DNA of 64,000 nt from Nitrospirota bacterium (lineage in GTDB: Bacteria > Nitrospirota > UBA9217), in NCBI GenBank assembly GCA_963740085.1, contig CAVUCU010000001.1, positions 1,280,001 to 1,344,000 of the forward strand. Reading direction: 5' to 3'. Shown here in pieces: positions 1-9,425 of the stretch. Position 1 is the stretch's first letter; every line of letters starts with the position of its first letter. The position numbers and the translations under genes were made by a program. The notes beneath the pieces are model-generated. The model was given only the letters and a program-made list of their open reading frames with translations, was not told the DNA's origin and did no database searches.

Positions 1-290
1 GAACGAAGCGAAGAGAGCCCTTCAAGCTGGTGGGAGACAAAGGGGAAGAGTCCCTTAAAGTAGTAGTCGTAGGCGAGGCGAATGTACTGAGCCGCCCGTT
101 CGCGCTCGCTCCTGCTGAGCTCAACGTTGTCCAGCGTATCGAACCCCCGGTTGGCCATCATCCTGGTCGCCTGCCTGAGGGAGGTTGCATAGTCCGAAGC
201 GGGCTGCAGCAGGAAGGGCGTCATCTCGGTCTGGTCGAGGATCGAGCCGAAGATCTCGTGGTGAAGTTCTTGATCGGTCTGGGTGTCCAT
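1..290 (-). CDS. Hypothetical protein, N-terminal part only (runs off the left edge)
   Basis: Open frame from ATG at 290 to the edge: MDTQTDQELHHEIFGSILDQTEMTPFLLQPASDYATSLRQATRMMANRGFDTLDNVELSRSERERAAQYIRLAYDYYFKGLFPF...; not in the ORF track because it has no stop in the window. Confidence 0.55.
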   Translation of the reverse strand, partial: MDTQTDQELHHEIFGSILDQTEMTPFLLQPASDYATSLRQATRMMANRGFDTLDNVELSRSERERAAQYIRLAYDYYFKGLFPFVSHQLEGLSSLR

Positions 291-713
291 GGGCGGTTCT
301 CACTATGGTCGACGGGTTCTTGTCCGCTTGATGACCTGTATTAAATTATACCGTATTGTGATGGCCGAATAATAGAAGAAAAAGTAATCGTTTCGGTCCG
401 TTCGGACTGGACGATTTTTTGTGAGCGGAGCAAAATACCGGATAATAGCTCGATAAAGGACCGGAATATAAAATATACGCTTGCCCTATTGGTTTCTCTT
501 TTTGTTTTTTCTTCTACGGCGGCCTATTGCCGCTTTTGCTCAAAAATGACTTCAACTGATCTCAACTTCAGGATAAGGGCCTTAATTTAATATGCGTCAA
601 TTCGGTTCCCGGTTCCCCTTCCTTTTTTCGGCCGTGGTATAATCAACCTATCATCTCTTACGGCATTGGAACACAAACTTGATCTTCATTACACTCTGGA
701 AAGGAGAATTACC

Positions 714-1262
714 ATGAAAAAGATATTCCTAACAGCTGGGGTAGCATTGTTTTTGTGTGCCACCGTCGCCGGCGCCGAGGTCTTTACCTTGAAAAGCGAC
801 CAGATCGGCGGGCAGCTGACCATCAACGAGGTCTACTCGGGATTCGGCTGTACAGGAAAGAACATCTCACCACAGCTCAAGTGGGTGAACGCGCCGAAGA
901 ACACAAAGAGCTTCGCGCTCACCGTTTATGATCCCGATGCGCCCACCGGAAGCGGCTGGTGGCACTGGGTGGTCTTCAATATCCCCGCAGACGCGATGGG
1001 ACTCGCGACCGACGCCGGGAACCCGCAGAAGAACCTGGCGCCCAAAGGCAGCGTGCAGAGCATGACGGACTACGGCAAGCCGGGCTTTGGCGGCGCCTGC
1101 CCTCCTCAGGGCGACAAGCCGCATCGCTATATCTTCACCGTATTCGCACTCGACGTGCCCAAGCTCGACCTGGATGAAAAAGCCAATGCCGCGCTTGTGG
1201 GGTTCATGCTGAACGCGCATGCCATCGAGAAAGCCTCGTTGATCTCGTATTACGGAAGATAA
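714..1262 (+). CDS. YbhB/YbcL family (PEBP, Raf kinase inhibitor-like) exported protein
   Basis: AAGGAG RBS then ATG 714; signal peptide; motifs DPDAP, GWWHW, GACPP, HRY. Confidence 0.9.
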   Translation: MKKIFLTAGVALFLCATVAGAEVFTLKSDQIGGQLTINEVYSGFGCTGKNISPQLKWVNAPKNTKSFALTVYDPDAPTGSGWWHWVVFNIPADAMGLATDAGNPQKNLAPKGSVQSMTDYGKPGFGGACPPQGDKPHRYIFTVFALDVPKLDLDEKANAALVGFMLNAHAIEKASLISYYGR

Positions 1263-1286
1263 AAAAATATATCGTCTTTATTCAAC

Positions 1287-1318
1287 GGGACCTCTGGAGG
1301 CGGAGGGCCCATTTTTTG
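1287..1318 (+). terminator. Probable intrinsic terminator
   Basis: Imperfect GC stem (GGGaCCTC...GAGGgCCC) followed by a T6 tract just after the stop. Confidence 0.5.
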
Positions 1319-1402
1319 ATGAACGGATCGGCTTTGCGCAAAATATATCCTTTAGTATTCGAACATGAGGTCTATCCTTTGCGTTTCAGTTTCGAGGCGT
1401 GA

Positions 1403-1873
1403 ATGAAACTGTCCTGGGTCTCCTTCTATAATATTATTCTTGCCCTCTGGGTCGGCGGGATCGCCCTGTTCACTTTCCTCATCACCCCGGTGATCTTCAG
1501 GACCTACCCGAGGGACCAGGCAGGCGAGATCGTCGGAAGACTTTTTCAGGTCTATTTTCAATACAACCTTGTACTCGCCGCAATGGCCCTCGTCGTGTTC
1601 TTTATCGTCGCGAATGACCGGTCAAAACCTGCGTACCTGCTCTCACTGGTGTGCGTCGTGACCGCACTGCTTATCAACCTGTTCATCGTATTCAAGCTGC
1701 ATCCCGACGCAGTAAGGATAAAACAACAGGTAACCTCTTTCGAGCGCGAATCGCCCGATTCGCCGGCACGGAAACAATTCAGGAGGCTGCACGGGATCAG
1801 CGCAGTCCTGAACCTGGTCCTGCTCGCAGAGGGGGTCGTGCTGCTGATCACGGGGCCGCTGATAAAAAAATGA
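1403..1873 (+). CDS. DUF4149/TMEM205-like membrane protein
   Basis: Four hydrophobic segments; LWVGG...TPVIF...AG...F N-terminus and FRRLHGISAVLNL C-terminal motif. Confidence 0.75.
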   Translation: MKLSWVSFYNIILALWVGGIALFTFLITPVIFRTYPRDQAGEIVGRLFQVYFQYNLVLAAMALVVFFIVANDRSKPAYLLSLVCVVTALLINLFIVFKLHPDAVRIKQQVTSFERESPDSPARKQFRRLHGISAVLNLVLLAEGVVLLITGPLIKK

Positions 1874-1948
1874 TGGCGCGGTGCGGTTGGCCGACACCAC
1901 GCTAAAGCACGATTTGTTTCGCAGTTTTATCAGGTTGTAAAAAATCCC

Positions 1949-1976
1949 TTGACAGAAGTTTTTTTCGTGGTAAGAT
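1949..1976 (+). promoter_or_regulatory. Sigma70-type promoter for the (ahpC')-rrf2-cydAB unit
   Basis: TTGACA (1949-1954), 16 nt spacer ending TGG, TAAGAT (1971-1976). Confidence 0.6.
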
Positions 1977-2002
1977 TAGGACCGATATAGTCCTATACTT
2001 TC
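1977..2002. promoter_or_regulatory. Palindromic operator, copy 1 (candidate Rrf2 site)
   Basis: TAGGAC-N7-GTCCTA followed by TACTTTC, directly after the -10 box. Confidence 0.6.
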
Positions 2003-2189
2003 CGTCGCGGAGATAAATCTCTACAACTTGGGACGCAATGTCGATGAACTGCTGCGCAAGCTCAAGGCAAACATTCATCTTGCGGCAAACCCAGTGGAAG
2101 TATGTCCTTCCCAGTGGAAAAAAGAGGGAGACAAGACCCTGAAACCATCAGCTAAGATTGTCGGAAAAATCTACGAGGCGCTGAAATAG
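2001..2189 (+). pseudogene. ahpC: C-terminal remnant of an AhpC-type 2-Cys peroxiredoxin
   Basis: Frame reads EINLYNLGRNVDELLRKLKANIHLAANPVEVCPSQWKKEGDKTLKPSAKIVGKIYEALK*, the GRNxDE...VCPxxW resolving-Cys tail; in-frame stop at 1977; no N-terminal or peroxidatic part. Confidence 0.8.
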
Positions 2190-2192
2190 TAC

Positions 2193-2594
2193 ATGCTGGT
2201 AACGAGAGAAACAGATTATGCAGTCAGGTGCATCCTCTATCTGGCCCAGGCTGATGACCAGATCGCAAACGTGACTGAAGTGTCCGGGAAGATGCATATC
2301 CCGAAGACCTTTCTTGCCAAGATATTTCAAAGGCTCGCCAAAGCGGGCCTGGTCGTATCGATCCGCGGTATGAACGGAGGGTTTCGGCTTTCGAGAAAAC
2401 CCTCTGAGATCTCCCTCCTCGACATCATGGAGGCGCTCCAGGGACCCTCCTGCATCAATGTCTGCGCAGTGAACAGTAAGAAATGCAAAAGGAGCGCGTT
2501 TTGTACTGTTCACCCGTTCTGGGTTGAGCTGAGAAAGGAAGTGAACAAGCGCATGCAGGAGCAGACAATCGATAAACTGGCTCGTCCGGGATAA
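2193..2594 (+). CDS. Rrf2 family transcriptional regulator (Cys-rich C-terminus, possible Fe-S)
   Basis: TDYAVR start, wHTH with SIRGMNGGF, Cys cluster C-x3-C-x6-C-x5-C. Confidence 0.9.
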   Translation: MLVTRETDYAVRCILYLAQADDQIANVTEVSGKMHIPKTFLAKIFQRLAKAGLVVSIRGMNGGFRLSRKPSEISLLDIMEALQGPSCINVCAVNSKKCKRSAFCTVHPFWVELRKEVNKRMQEQTIDKLARPG

Positions 2595-2618
2595 GACCTG
2601 GTTTTTTTTTCAACAGAT

Positions 2619-2644
2619 CAGGATATATTCAGTCCTATACTTTC
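2619..2644. promoter_or_regulatory. Operator copy 2, upstream of cydA
   Basis: CAGGAT-N7-GTCCTA-TACTTTC; shares the 14-mer AGTCCTATACTTTC with 1989-2002. Confidence 0.55.
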
Positions 2645-2679
2645 AGTCCGGTCGGATCTCTATCATAAGGAGGAATACC

Positions 2680-4029
2680 ATGGATGTTGTAGATTTAAGC
2701 AGGTTACAATTCGCGCTCACGAGCATGTTCCACTGGATCTTTGTGCCGCTCACGCTGGGACTTTCCCTCGTGACCGCATTCATGGAAACACGCTATGTGC
2801 AAAGCGGCGACGAGATGTACCTCAGGATGGCGAAGTTCTGGGGGAAGTTATTCCTGATAAACTTTGCGCTCGGCATCGTCACCGGCATCACCCTGGAATT
2901 CCAGTTCGGAATGAACTGGGCAGAGTATTCGAAATACGTGGGTGACATTTTCGGAGCCCCCCTCGCCATTGAAGCGACCCTGGCGTTCTTTCTCGAATCG
3001 GTCTTCATCGGAGTGTGGATCTTCGGCTGGAACAAGCTATCGAAGACGGCCCATGCCGTTGCCATCTGGCTGGTTGCGTTCGCGACCAATCTCTCCGCGC
3101 TCTGGATCCTCCTGGCGAATGGCTGGATGCAGCACCCTGTCGGCTATGTCCTTCGCAATAATCGCGCTGAGATGGTCGACTTCGGAGCGATGCTCACCAA
3201 TCCTTATGGCTGGCTCAAGTTCGGCCACACGCTTACCTCAGGATATGTGGTCGCCGCCTTTTTTGTCATGGGCGTGTCGGCCTATCATCTCCTGAAAAAA
3301 AACCAGCCCGAGTTCTTCCGGAGGTCCTTCAGGATCGCGGCGGTCTTCGGGCTGCTATCCACCCTCGCCGTCGCTGTGATCGGCGATTTTCACACGGCAG
3401 AAGTTGCGCAGACGCAGCCCACGAAGTTTGCGGCAATGGAGTCCCTCTGGGAAACGCAGAAAAATGTGGGATTCAATCTCTTCATCATCCCCGACACGGA
3501 GAAAGAATGCAATATCATCGAGGGCCCCTGCGTACCGAATTTGCTCAGTTATCTCGCTTTCCATGCCGCCGATGCCGAGATCAAGGGTCTGAAGGCCTTT
3601 CCCAGGGAAGAGCGTCCGCCCGTTTGGCCCACGTTTCTGAGCTTCCGGATCATGGTCGGTCTCGGTTTTGCCATGCTTCTCATAACGGTCGTGGCGGTCA
3701 TTTACGCGATACGGGGAACCTTGGAACTCCATCCGCTGTTCCTGAAGATCATGCTCTTCTCCATTCCCCTGCCCTACATCGCCGGTCAGCTCGGATGGAT
3801 CGTGGCGGAGGTGGGCAGACAGCCCTGGATCGTCTATGGGGTCCTCAAGACCACCCATGCGGTATCGCAGTCCATCAGCACGCTGCAGGTGTACGCTTCC
3901 CTCATCGGCTTTACCCTGCTCTACGGCGGGCTCGGGGTGGTCGACATCTACCTCTTGTCCAAGTTTTCAAAAAAGGGACCTGACAACGATACCTCAAGCT
4001 TGCTCAAACCGGTAAAGGAGGGGATATAA
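2680..4029 (+). CDS. cydA: Cytochrome bd ubiquinol oxidase subunit I
   Basis: LSRLQFA...FHWIFVP, EFQFGMNW, QPTKFAAME, EVGRQPW motifs; AAGGAGG RBS. Confidence 0.97.
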   Translation: MDVVDLSRLQFALTSMFHWIFVPLTLGLSLVTAFMETRYVQSGDEMYLRMAKFWGKLFLINFALGIVTGITLEFQFGMNWAEYSKYVGDIFGAPLAIEATLAFFLESVFIGVWIFGWNKLSKTAHAVAIWLVAFATNLSALWILLANGWMQHPVGYVLRNNRAEMVDFGAMLTNPYGWLKFGHTLTSGYVVAAFFVMGVSAYHLLKKNQPEFFRRSFRIAAVFGLLSTLAVAVIGDFHTAEVAQTQPTKFAAMESLWETQKNVGFNLFIIPDTEKECNIIEGPCVPNLLSYLAFHAADAEIKGLKAFPREERPPVWPTFLSFRIMVGLGFAMLLITVVAVIYAIRGTLELHPLFLKIMLFSIPLPYIAGQLGWIVAEVGRQPWIVYGVLKTTHAVSQSISTLQVYASLIGFTLLYGGLGVVDIYLLSKFSKKGPDNDTSSLLKPVKEGI

Positions 4030-4030
4030 C

Positions 4031-5056
4031 ATGGAATTCCAAGTCACGTGGTTCATACTCTGGGCCGTCCTGTGGGCCGTGTACTTCATGCTCGACGGTT
4101 TCGTGCTCGGTACCGGCATGCTGCATTACTTCCTTACACGGAACGATCAGGAAAAGAAGATCCTGATCAGGACCGTAGGCCCGGTCTGGGACGGAAACGA
4201 GGTCTGGCTCGTAACTGCAGGCGGAGCTACCTTTGCCGCGTTTCCCACGACCTATGCGCTCATGTTCAGTTATCTCTATTCCGCTCTGCTGCTGCTTCTG
4301 TTTTCGCTCATCATCCGCGGGGTGTCAATTGAGTTCCGTGGCAAGATCGAAAAAGCCGGTTGGAAAAAAGCCTGGGACATGGGCATTTTCATCGGCAGCG
4401 CCCTTCCCGCGCTTCTCCTGGGCGTCGCCTTCGGAAACATCTTCAGCGGTCTTCCCATGGATGCGGCAGGGTACCACGGCTCGCTCCTCTCGCTGCTGAA
4501 CCCCTACGGCCTATTAACCGGCGCGCTGTTCGTCCTGATGTTTCTTACCCACGGCAGCCTCTACGTCTCCGTCAAGACCGAGGGAGAGCTCAGCGACAGG
4601 TCGACGATACTGGCTGGAAAGATGTGGTTCGCCGAGCTTGCCGTCGCTGTCCTGTTCCTGATTGCCACGGCCTTTTTTTCGAAACTGTACGACAACTACC
4701 TGAGTATTCCGCTGCTGCTGGTCGTTCCCGTCCTGACGGTGGCGGCTCTGCTCGGTATCAAGGTCTTCCTGGCGAAAGGCCGTCCTCTGATGGCGTTCGC
4801 GTCCTCCTGCCTGACCATCGTCATGGTCGTATTCACCGGCGTGATCGGGCTCTTTCCGAACCTGATCCCATCCAGTATCGACACGGCATACAGCCTCACG
4901 ATCTACAATTCCTCTTCCAGCATATACACCTTGAAGATAATGACAATCGTGGCCCTTGTGTTCGTTCCCATTGTGATCGCCTACAAAATATGGGTGTATC
5001 GCATATTCCGATCGCGCGTAACCGACAACGTATTAAAAAACGAGCAGGCATATTAA
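4031..5056 (+). CDS. cydB: Cytochrome bd ubiquinol oxidase subunit II
   Basis: LDGFVLG, GPVWDGNEVWL, AFP motifs; adjacent to cydA. Confidence 0.97.
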   Translation: MEFQVTWFILWAVLWAVYFMLDGFVLGTGMLHYFLTRNDQEKKILIRTVGPVWDGNEVWLVTAGGATFAAFPTTYALMFSYLYSALLLLLFSLIIRGVSIEFRGKIEKAGWKKAWDMGIFIGSALPALLLGVAFGNIFSGLPMDAAGYHGSLLSLLNPYGLLTGALFVLMFLTHGSLYVSVKTEGELSDRSTILAGKMWFAELAVAVLFLIATAFFSKLYDNYLSIPLLLVVPVLTVAALLGIKVFLAKGRPLMAFASSCLTIVMVVFTGVIGLFPNLIPSSIDTAYSLTIYNSSSSIYTLKIMTIVALVFVPIVIAYKIWVYRIFRSRVTDNVLKNEQAY

Positions 5057-5080
5057 CACCACTGACATTTTTTTTCGACA

Positions 5081-5113
5081 GTCCGGTAAAGGCAAAGCCG
5101 GCCTTTACCGGAC
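5081..5113. terminator. Perfect 13-bp hairpin after cydB (terminator or mRNA-end stabiliser)
   Basis: GTCCGGTAAAGGC-N7-GCCTTTACCGGAC; no U-tract downstream. Confidence 0.5.
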
Positions 5114-5394
5114 GAACACCGGCTGACCATGGCCCCCTTCTGATGAAAACTGCAGGGAGATCTCCAAATCGGGAACGGAAAGATCATGAGCACCCCTCTC
5201 TCCGCCTCATCACATCCGGGTCCGCATCAAGCGTATTATGGAAATCTTCCTTTGGCTTCACTCGGGCCGCGACCGGTTCGCATGAATGTCTTCACATTCC
5301 TTCAAACGTTCAGTCCTCCTTCCTCCCTCTTAATTTTTTCTTGACTTTTATTGCCGAATCATAGATATTACCAATCTCCAAGTTGGTTGGAACC

Positions 5395-5470
5395 GGGCGG
5401 ATAGCTCAGCTGGGAGAGCACAGCCCTTACAAGGCTGGGGTCACAGGTTCGATCCCTGTTCCGCCCACCA
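5395..5470 (+). tRNA. tRNA-Val(TAC)
   Basis: Acceptor GGGCGGA/TCCGCCC, anticodon arm CAGCC-CTTACAA-GGCTG, TTCGATC loop, encoded CCA. Confidence 0.97.
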
Positions 5471-5543
5471 TGAAAAAAAGTTCGGGGTTATGAGTTAATG
5501 AATTTCCGCCTCAACTGCGAACTCAAAACTCAAAAATCAATCG

Positions 5544-5620
<77 letters not shown>

Positions 5621-5647
5621 TTTTTTTAGAAGACTATCGGAAGACAC

Positions 5648-5680
5648 AAAAAAGCCGGGGCAGGATGCCGCGGCTTTTTT
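5648..5680. terminator. Bidirectional intrinsic terminator between the tRNAs and pepF
   Basis: AAAAAAGCCG...CGGCTTTTTT between convergent units. Confidence 0.7.
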
Positions 5681-5709
5681 GTGTCTGAACCGTCACCATG
5701 TGTCTCAGC

Positions 5710-7539
5710 TTATTTTCTGATCTTCCCCAACCTCTTCGCCAGCCGCTCGGTCTCGTCAAGCAGGCGCTCTACTTCATCCAACCCCTTGTCCCAGAACCGC
5801 TTGTCCGAAATATCTATCCCGAGCCTGCTAAAGATGTTCTTCGGAGAATCGGACAGTCCCGCGGACAGAAATTCCTTGACCTTATGAATGAACGACGGGT
5901 CCTGCTTCACCGAATTCTGGAGAGACTTGGAAATAAGGAGGCCGCTCGCGTAGGAATAGACGTAGAAAAAATACCTGATGTGGTTCCAGTAAACCCACCA
6001 GTTCTCCGAACCCTCTGACTGCAAAACGGCATTTCCCATGTATGCTGCCATATGCTTCTGGAATAGTTTACCGATCTTCTCTTTCGACAGATATCCCTCT
6101 TCCCTGAAATCCTTGTGCAGTTCCTGTTCGAACTGGTAGCACGCCACCTGTCTGAAAATGGACGAGACATCGTCGTTCAGCTTCTGCATCATGATGGCAA
6201 GCCGCAACTCATCATCAGCCGAGTGCAGGACCTCCTCGAGCACAAAGTCCTCCATGAAAGTGCTCGCGACCTCGGCGGTCGAGGTCGGTGTGCCGAAATC
6301 AAGGGCATGCTGCTTCTTTTTGATAAGCTCATCGTTGATTCCGTGGCCCAGCTCGTGAGCGATGGTCAGGACATCGTGCAGCTTGCCGGTATGGTTCAGC
6401 AGAATGTAGGTCGGCTGGGTCATCAGGTGATAGACGCAGAACGCACCGCTGTCCTTGCCCTTTTTCGGGAAGACGTCGATCTGGCCGTTCTCCACGAACC
6501 CGGCGAAGATATCGGCGAATTCCCGGTCGAGCTTGCCCAGCACCGTATGGACGACGTCCGCGGATTTCCGGTAAGGGTAGTGCCCGGCAACCTTCCCGTA
6601 CTCCACGTTCCGTTCGTGGTAAGCGAGCTTCCTGACCTTCAGCAGCTTCGCCTTGAGCGCGTAATATCGCGCCGGGATCGCAAACCGCTTCGATACCGCT
6701 TCGACCAGGGCGTCCACCACCTCACTCTCGATATCGTCGGCAACATGCCGGAGCGTATCAGGTCTCGGGGCACCGCGAAGTTCATCATCGATCTTCTTGT
6801 TTGCGAACACCGAATTGATCTCGGACTCGGCGACCTCGACGTTCTTCAGGAGGATATCGTTGAACGCCTTTGCCGCACTGTCGCGCACCAGTTTTTTCCT
6901 GCTGTTCATCAACGCGGCGAGCTCCGAAAAGGGCATGATCTTCCTCTTGCCGTCCTCGGTGAACACGGCACGTTCTTCCTTCGAAAGGAATCCGGCGGTC
7001 ATCTTTGTCCAGTTTGACGAGGACGTTGCAAGCTTGAGGTTCAGGATCTTCTCCTCGGGCTCGCTCAGATGATAGCGGGACTCGGCAAAGACCCGCTCAA
7101 GAAAATGGCGGTATTTGGCAAGACCCTCGTGCTCAAGAAATCGTTTTTGCAATTCTGGCTTGATCCTGGCGATCCGGAGGTAAAAGAACTGACTTTCGTT
7201 CTCGAGCCTTTTACTGAACTCATCGATCCTGTTGAACCTGGCCTTCAGTTTCGGATCGTTCTGGTCCTGCTGGGTCCTGAGCCAGAAGTAATAACCTTCA
7301 TCGCCGTCGGTGCCGTATTGTCGCTTCCACGATTCATACTGGTCCAGCGCCTGTCGCAGGACTTCCGGGTCTTCAAGATAATCGGTGCGGTCCTTCCAGG
7401 TGTTGATGAACGTAGAGCTCTTTTTTTCGACAAGCTTCCGTTTTCCCTCGAACCGCGGATCGTTATCTCCCATAAAGAGCGGCTTCAGGTTCCACACGGC
7501 CTTGCCGATCTTGAACGTATTCTTTTTTACTCGAGGCAT
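5710..7539 (-). CDS. pepF: M3B oligoendopeptidase F
   Basis: KGKDSGAFC, AHELGH zinc motif, AEVASTFME, HIRYFFYVYSYA; ~600 aa. Confidence 0.9.
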   Translation of the reverse strand: MPRVKKNTFKIGKAVWNLKPLFMGDNDPRFEGKRKLVEKKSSTFINTWKDRTDYLEDPEVLRQALDQYESWKRQYGTDGDEGYYFWLRTQQDQNDPKLKARFNRIDEFSKRLENESQFFYLRIARIKPELQKRFLEHEGLAKYRHFLERVFAESRYHLSEPEEKILNLKLATSSSNWTKMTAGFLSKEERAVFTEDGKRKIMPFSELAALMNSRKKLVRDSAAKAFNDILLKNVEVAESEINSVFANKKIDDELRGAPRPDTLRHVADDIESEVVDALVEAVSKRFAIPARYYALKAKLLKVRKLAYHERNVEYGKVAGHYPYRKSADVVHTVLGKLDREFADIFAGFVENGQIDVFPKKGKDSGAFCVYHLMTQPTYILLNHTGKLHDVLTIAHELGHGINDELIKKKQHALDFGTPTSTAEVASTFMEDFVLEEVLHSADDELRLAIMMQKLNDDVSSIFRQVACYQFEQELHKDFREEGYLSKEKIGKLFQKHMAAYMGNAVLQSEGSENWWVYWNHIRYFFYVYSYASGLLISKSLQNSVKQDPSFIHKVKEFLSAGLSDSPKNIFSRLGIDISDKRFWDKGLDEVERLLDETERLAKRLGKIRK

Positions 7540-7849
7540 TCTTGCTCCATCGTGATTGGTTAAATAGGATTATCCATAACTCCTCAGGTATTCAGGCTGA
7601 AGGCTGAGGTTTATCAAAACCCTTCTGCCTTCAGTCTATCAACCTAATGGTTACGATTATACACAGTATACCCGCTCCTGCCCGGACTGTCCAGGGACCG
7701 CCGCGAGCGCGTGCGTGTCTTTTCCTCGATTCCCGCTTCGAGGTTCCGGGTCGAATTGTTCGCCAAAGGAATCCCGGAGCCTGACTTAAGGCCGGGTTGT
7801 GACGGTAACATCCTTACCATGATACAAGGATGGCGGAAACGTAAGGGCC

Positions 7850-8209
7850 TCACAGCACCTCTTCATCCTCTTTTCGCCATGCCGGGTCAACAAGACAGAT
7901 GAACGTGAGATCTGTTGTTCCGGAATTCGTGATGCTCTGCTTTGCGTGGGGCGGTATATATACGGTGGAGTTCGACCGCACCGGCGCAGAGTTGTCGTCG
8001 ATATGCATGGTACCCTCGCCCGCGATAATATAGTAGACTTCTGAGGTCTTCAACCGGTGTGGCCATGTGGTCTCTCCCGGTTTCACGACCGCATGCGCAA
8101 GGCTGTAGCGGAGTGCGATCTTATCCTTGTCAGGGTGCAGGATCTCGCGCAGCGCGCAGTTGTCGCCGGCAATAAATTCTTTGCAGTCCTTCAGTTCTCG
8201 TATGAACAT
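7850..8209 (-). CDS. Cupin domain protein
   Basis: AAGGAG RBS before ATG 8209; HRLKTSEVYYIIAGEG and YIPPHAKQSI cupin motifs. Confidence 0.85.
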   Translation of the reverse strand: MFIRELKDCKEFIAGDNCALREILHPDKDKIALRYSLAHAVVKPGETTWPHRLKTSEVYYIIAGEGTMHIDDNSAPVRSNSTVYIPPHAKQSITNSGTTDLTFICLVDPAWRKEDEEVL

Positions 8210-8251
8210 CGGTCTATCTCCTTTACATAACCTGGAAAAATCGTAAAAGCA

Positions 8252-8359
8252 TTTGCCACAGAAGGCACATAAAGCACAAAGAATCGCCAAATCGATGGTA
8301 AAGGATAATAATCCAAATTATTGTTGTTCTATGTGTCCTTTTGTGCTTTTTGTGGCAAA
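8252..8359. repeat. Intergenic imperfect inverted repeat built from ~9-nt units
   Basis: Left arm TTTGCCACAGAAGGCACATAAAGCACAAAGA; right arm TTCTATGTGTCCTTTTGTGCTTTTTGTGGCAAA. Confidence 0.7.
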
Positions 8360-8510
8360 GTATTCTTTCTATTCGAGAAGAATTAAATGTATGCTTTACT
8401 GTAACATACCTTCCTGGTGAAAATCAAAAAAGAAAACCCTGCTGTCAGGACCTCTTGACGAAAAGGTTGCCATTGCAGTACAATCACCAAACTCACGGAG
8501 CCGGTCATCG

Positions 8511-9302
8511 ATGGACCAGGAAGATCTTATCTTACTCAAGAGATGGTTTGCGGACTACTGCGCGTCATTTTCTCTGCCGAACGAAGTGGACCAGCGGAAC
8601 ATCGCCATAAAGCGGGAGCACACGCACCAGGTCTGCTTGAACGCCGTAAGGATCGCGGAAGACCTGGACCTGGATCAGCAGGAGACCCGGCTCGCGGAGA
8701 CGATCGCCCTTTTTCATGACGTAGGCAGGTTCTCGCAGTATCAGCAGCACAGGACCTTCGACGACAGTATCTCGGTAAATCATGCGGTCCTCGGGTCGAA
8801 GGTGCTCTTGGAAAACAACGTGCTGGGTGGACTACCGAAGCAGGAACAGGACATTATCGTCCGCTCGGTGACGCTGCACAATGTCTTCACCCTGCCCGAT
8901 GGGCTTGACAATAAATCCCTTCTGTTCGCAAAGCTCATCCGTGATGCGGACAAGCTTGACATCCTGCGGGTGGTGATCGAATACTTCGAGCAGGACGAAG
9001 GGAGCAGGGCGGAAGCCGTTGCGCTGGGCCTGCCTGACGTGCCGGAGGGATACTCACCCGAAGTCCTTGCCTGCCTTGTCCGGGGGGAGATGGCCAGGAA
9101 GGATGCGCTCACGACCCTGAACGATTTCAAACTGCTGCAGCTTGCCTGGCTCTATGACCTCAATTTCACGTGCTCCCTGCGGATGGTTATAGAGCGGGAC
9201 TACATCCGTAAGATCGCGGAAATGCTGCCGCGGAACGAGGAAATCGCGGGGGCGATCGAGATCGTACGTGGTCACGTCGAGAAGTGCTCACGCGATGGCT
9301 GA
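8511..9302 (+). CDS. HD-domain phosphohydrolase
   Basis: KREHT, ALFHDVGRF, NHA, HN, RDADKLD motifs. Confidence 0.88.
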   Translation: MDQEDLILLKRWFADYCASFSLPNEVDQRNIAIKREHTHQVCLNAVRIAEDLDLDQQETRLAETIALFHDVGRFSQYQQHRTFDDSISVNHAVLGSKVLLENNVLGGLPKQEQDIIVRSVTLHNVFTLPDGLDNKSLLFAKLIRDADKLDILRVVIEYFEQDEGSRAEAVALGLPDVPEGYSPEVLACLVRGEMARKDALTTLNDFKLLQLAWLYDLNFTCSLRMVIERDYIRKIAEMLPRNEEIAGAIEIVRGHVEKCSRDG

Positions 9303-9425
9303 CCCCTTTTCCTCTCCCCGGTATTACGTAAAATCAATAATTCGCTTTACTCTGCGTTAATTTTTTTGTAAGATGCCGAGGTGCGGGCGTGAAGAATTCA
9401 ACGTCTTGCCCTCCGGGGGAGTTTC

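Noticed and set aside
2091-2119. Direct repeat CCCAGTGGAA x2 as a regulatory site
   Set aside because: Falls inside the ahpC remnant coding frame (NPVEVCPSQWK) and is explained by it
5180-5320. Minus-strand mini-ORF with a strong RBS and an internal TGA as a second selenoprotein
   Set aside because: No redox motif context or convincing hairpin after the TGA; no recognisable family
4360-5364. 334-aa alternative-frame ORF over cydB, and other long shadow ORFs (e.g. 48035-49630, 52424-54754, 56083-57525 on the minus strand)
   Set aside because: They overlap well-supported genes, lack motifs, and are expected from GC-rich codon bias
7680-7850. Structured RNA or riboswitch between the cupin gene and pepF
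   Set aside because: A few hairpins but no riboswitch, 6S or SRP consensus I can recognise; a TGGACA-17-TATACT promoter explains part of it
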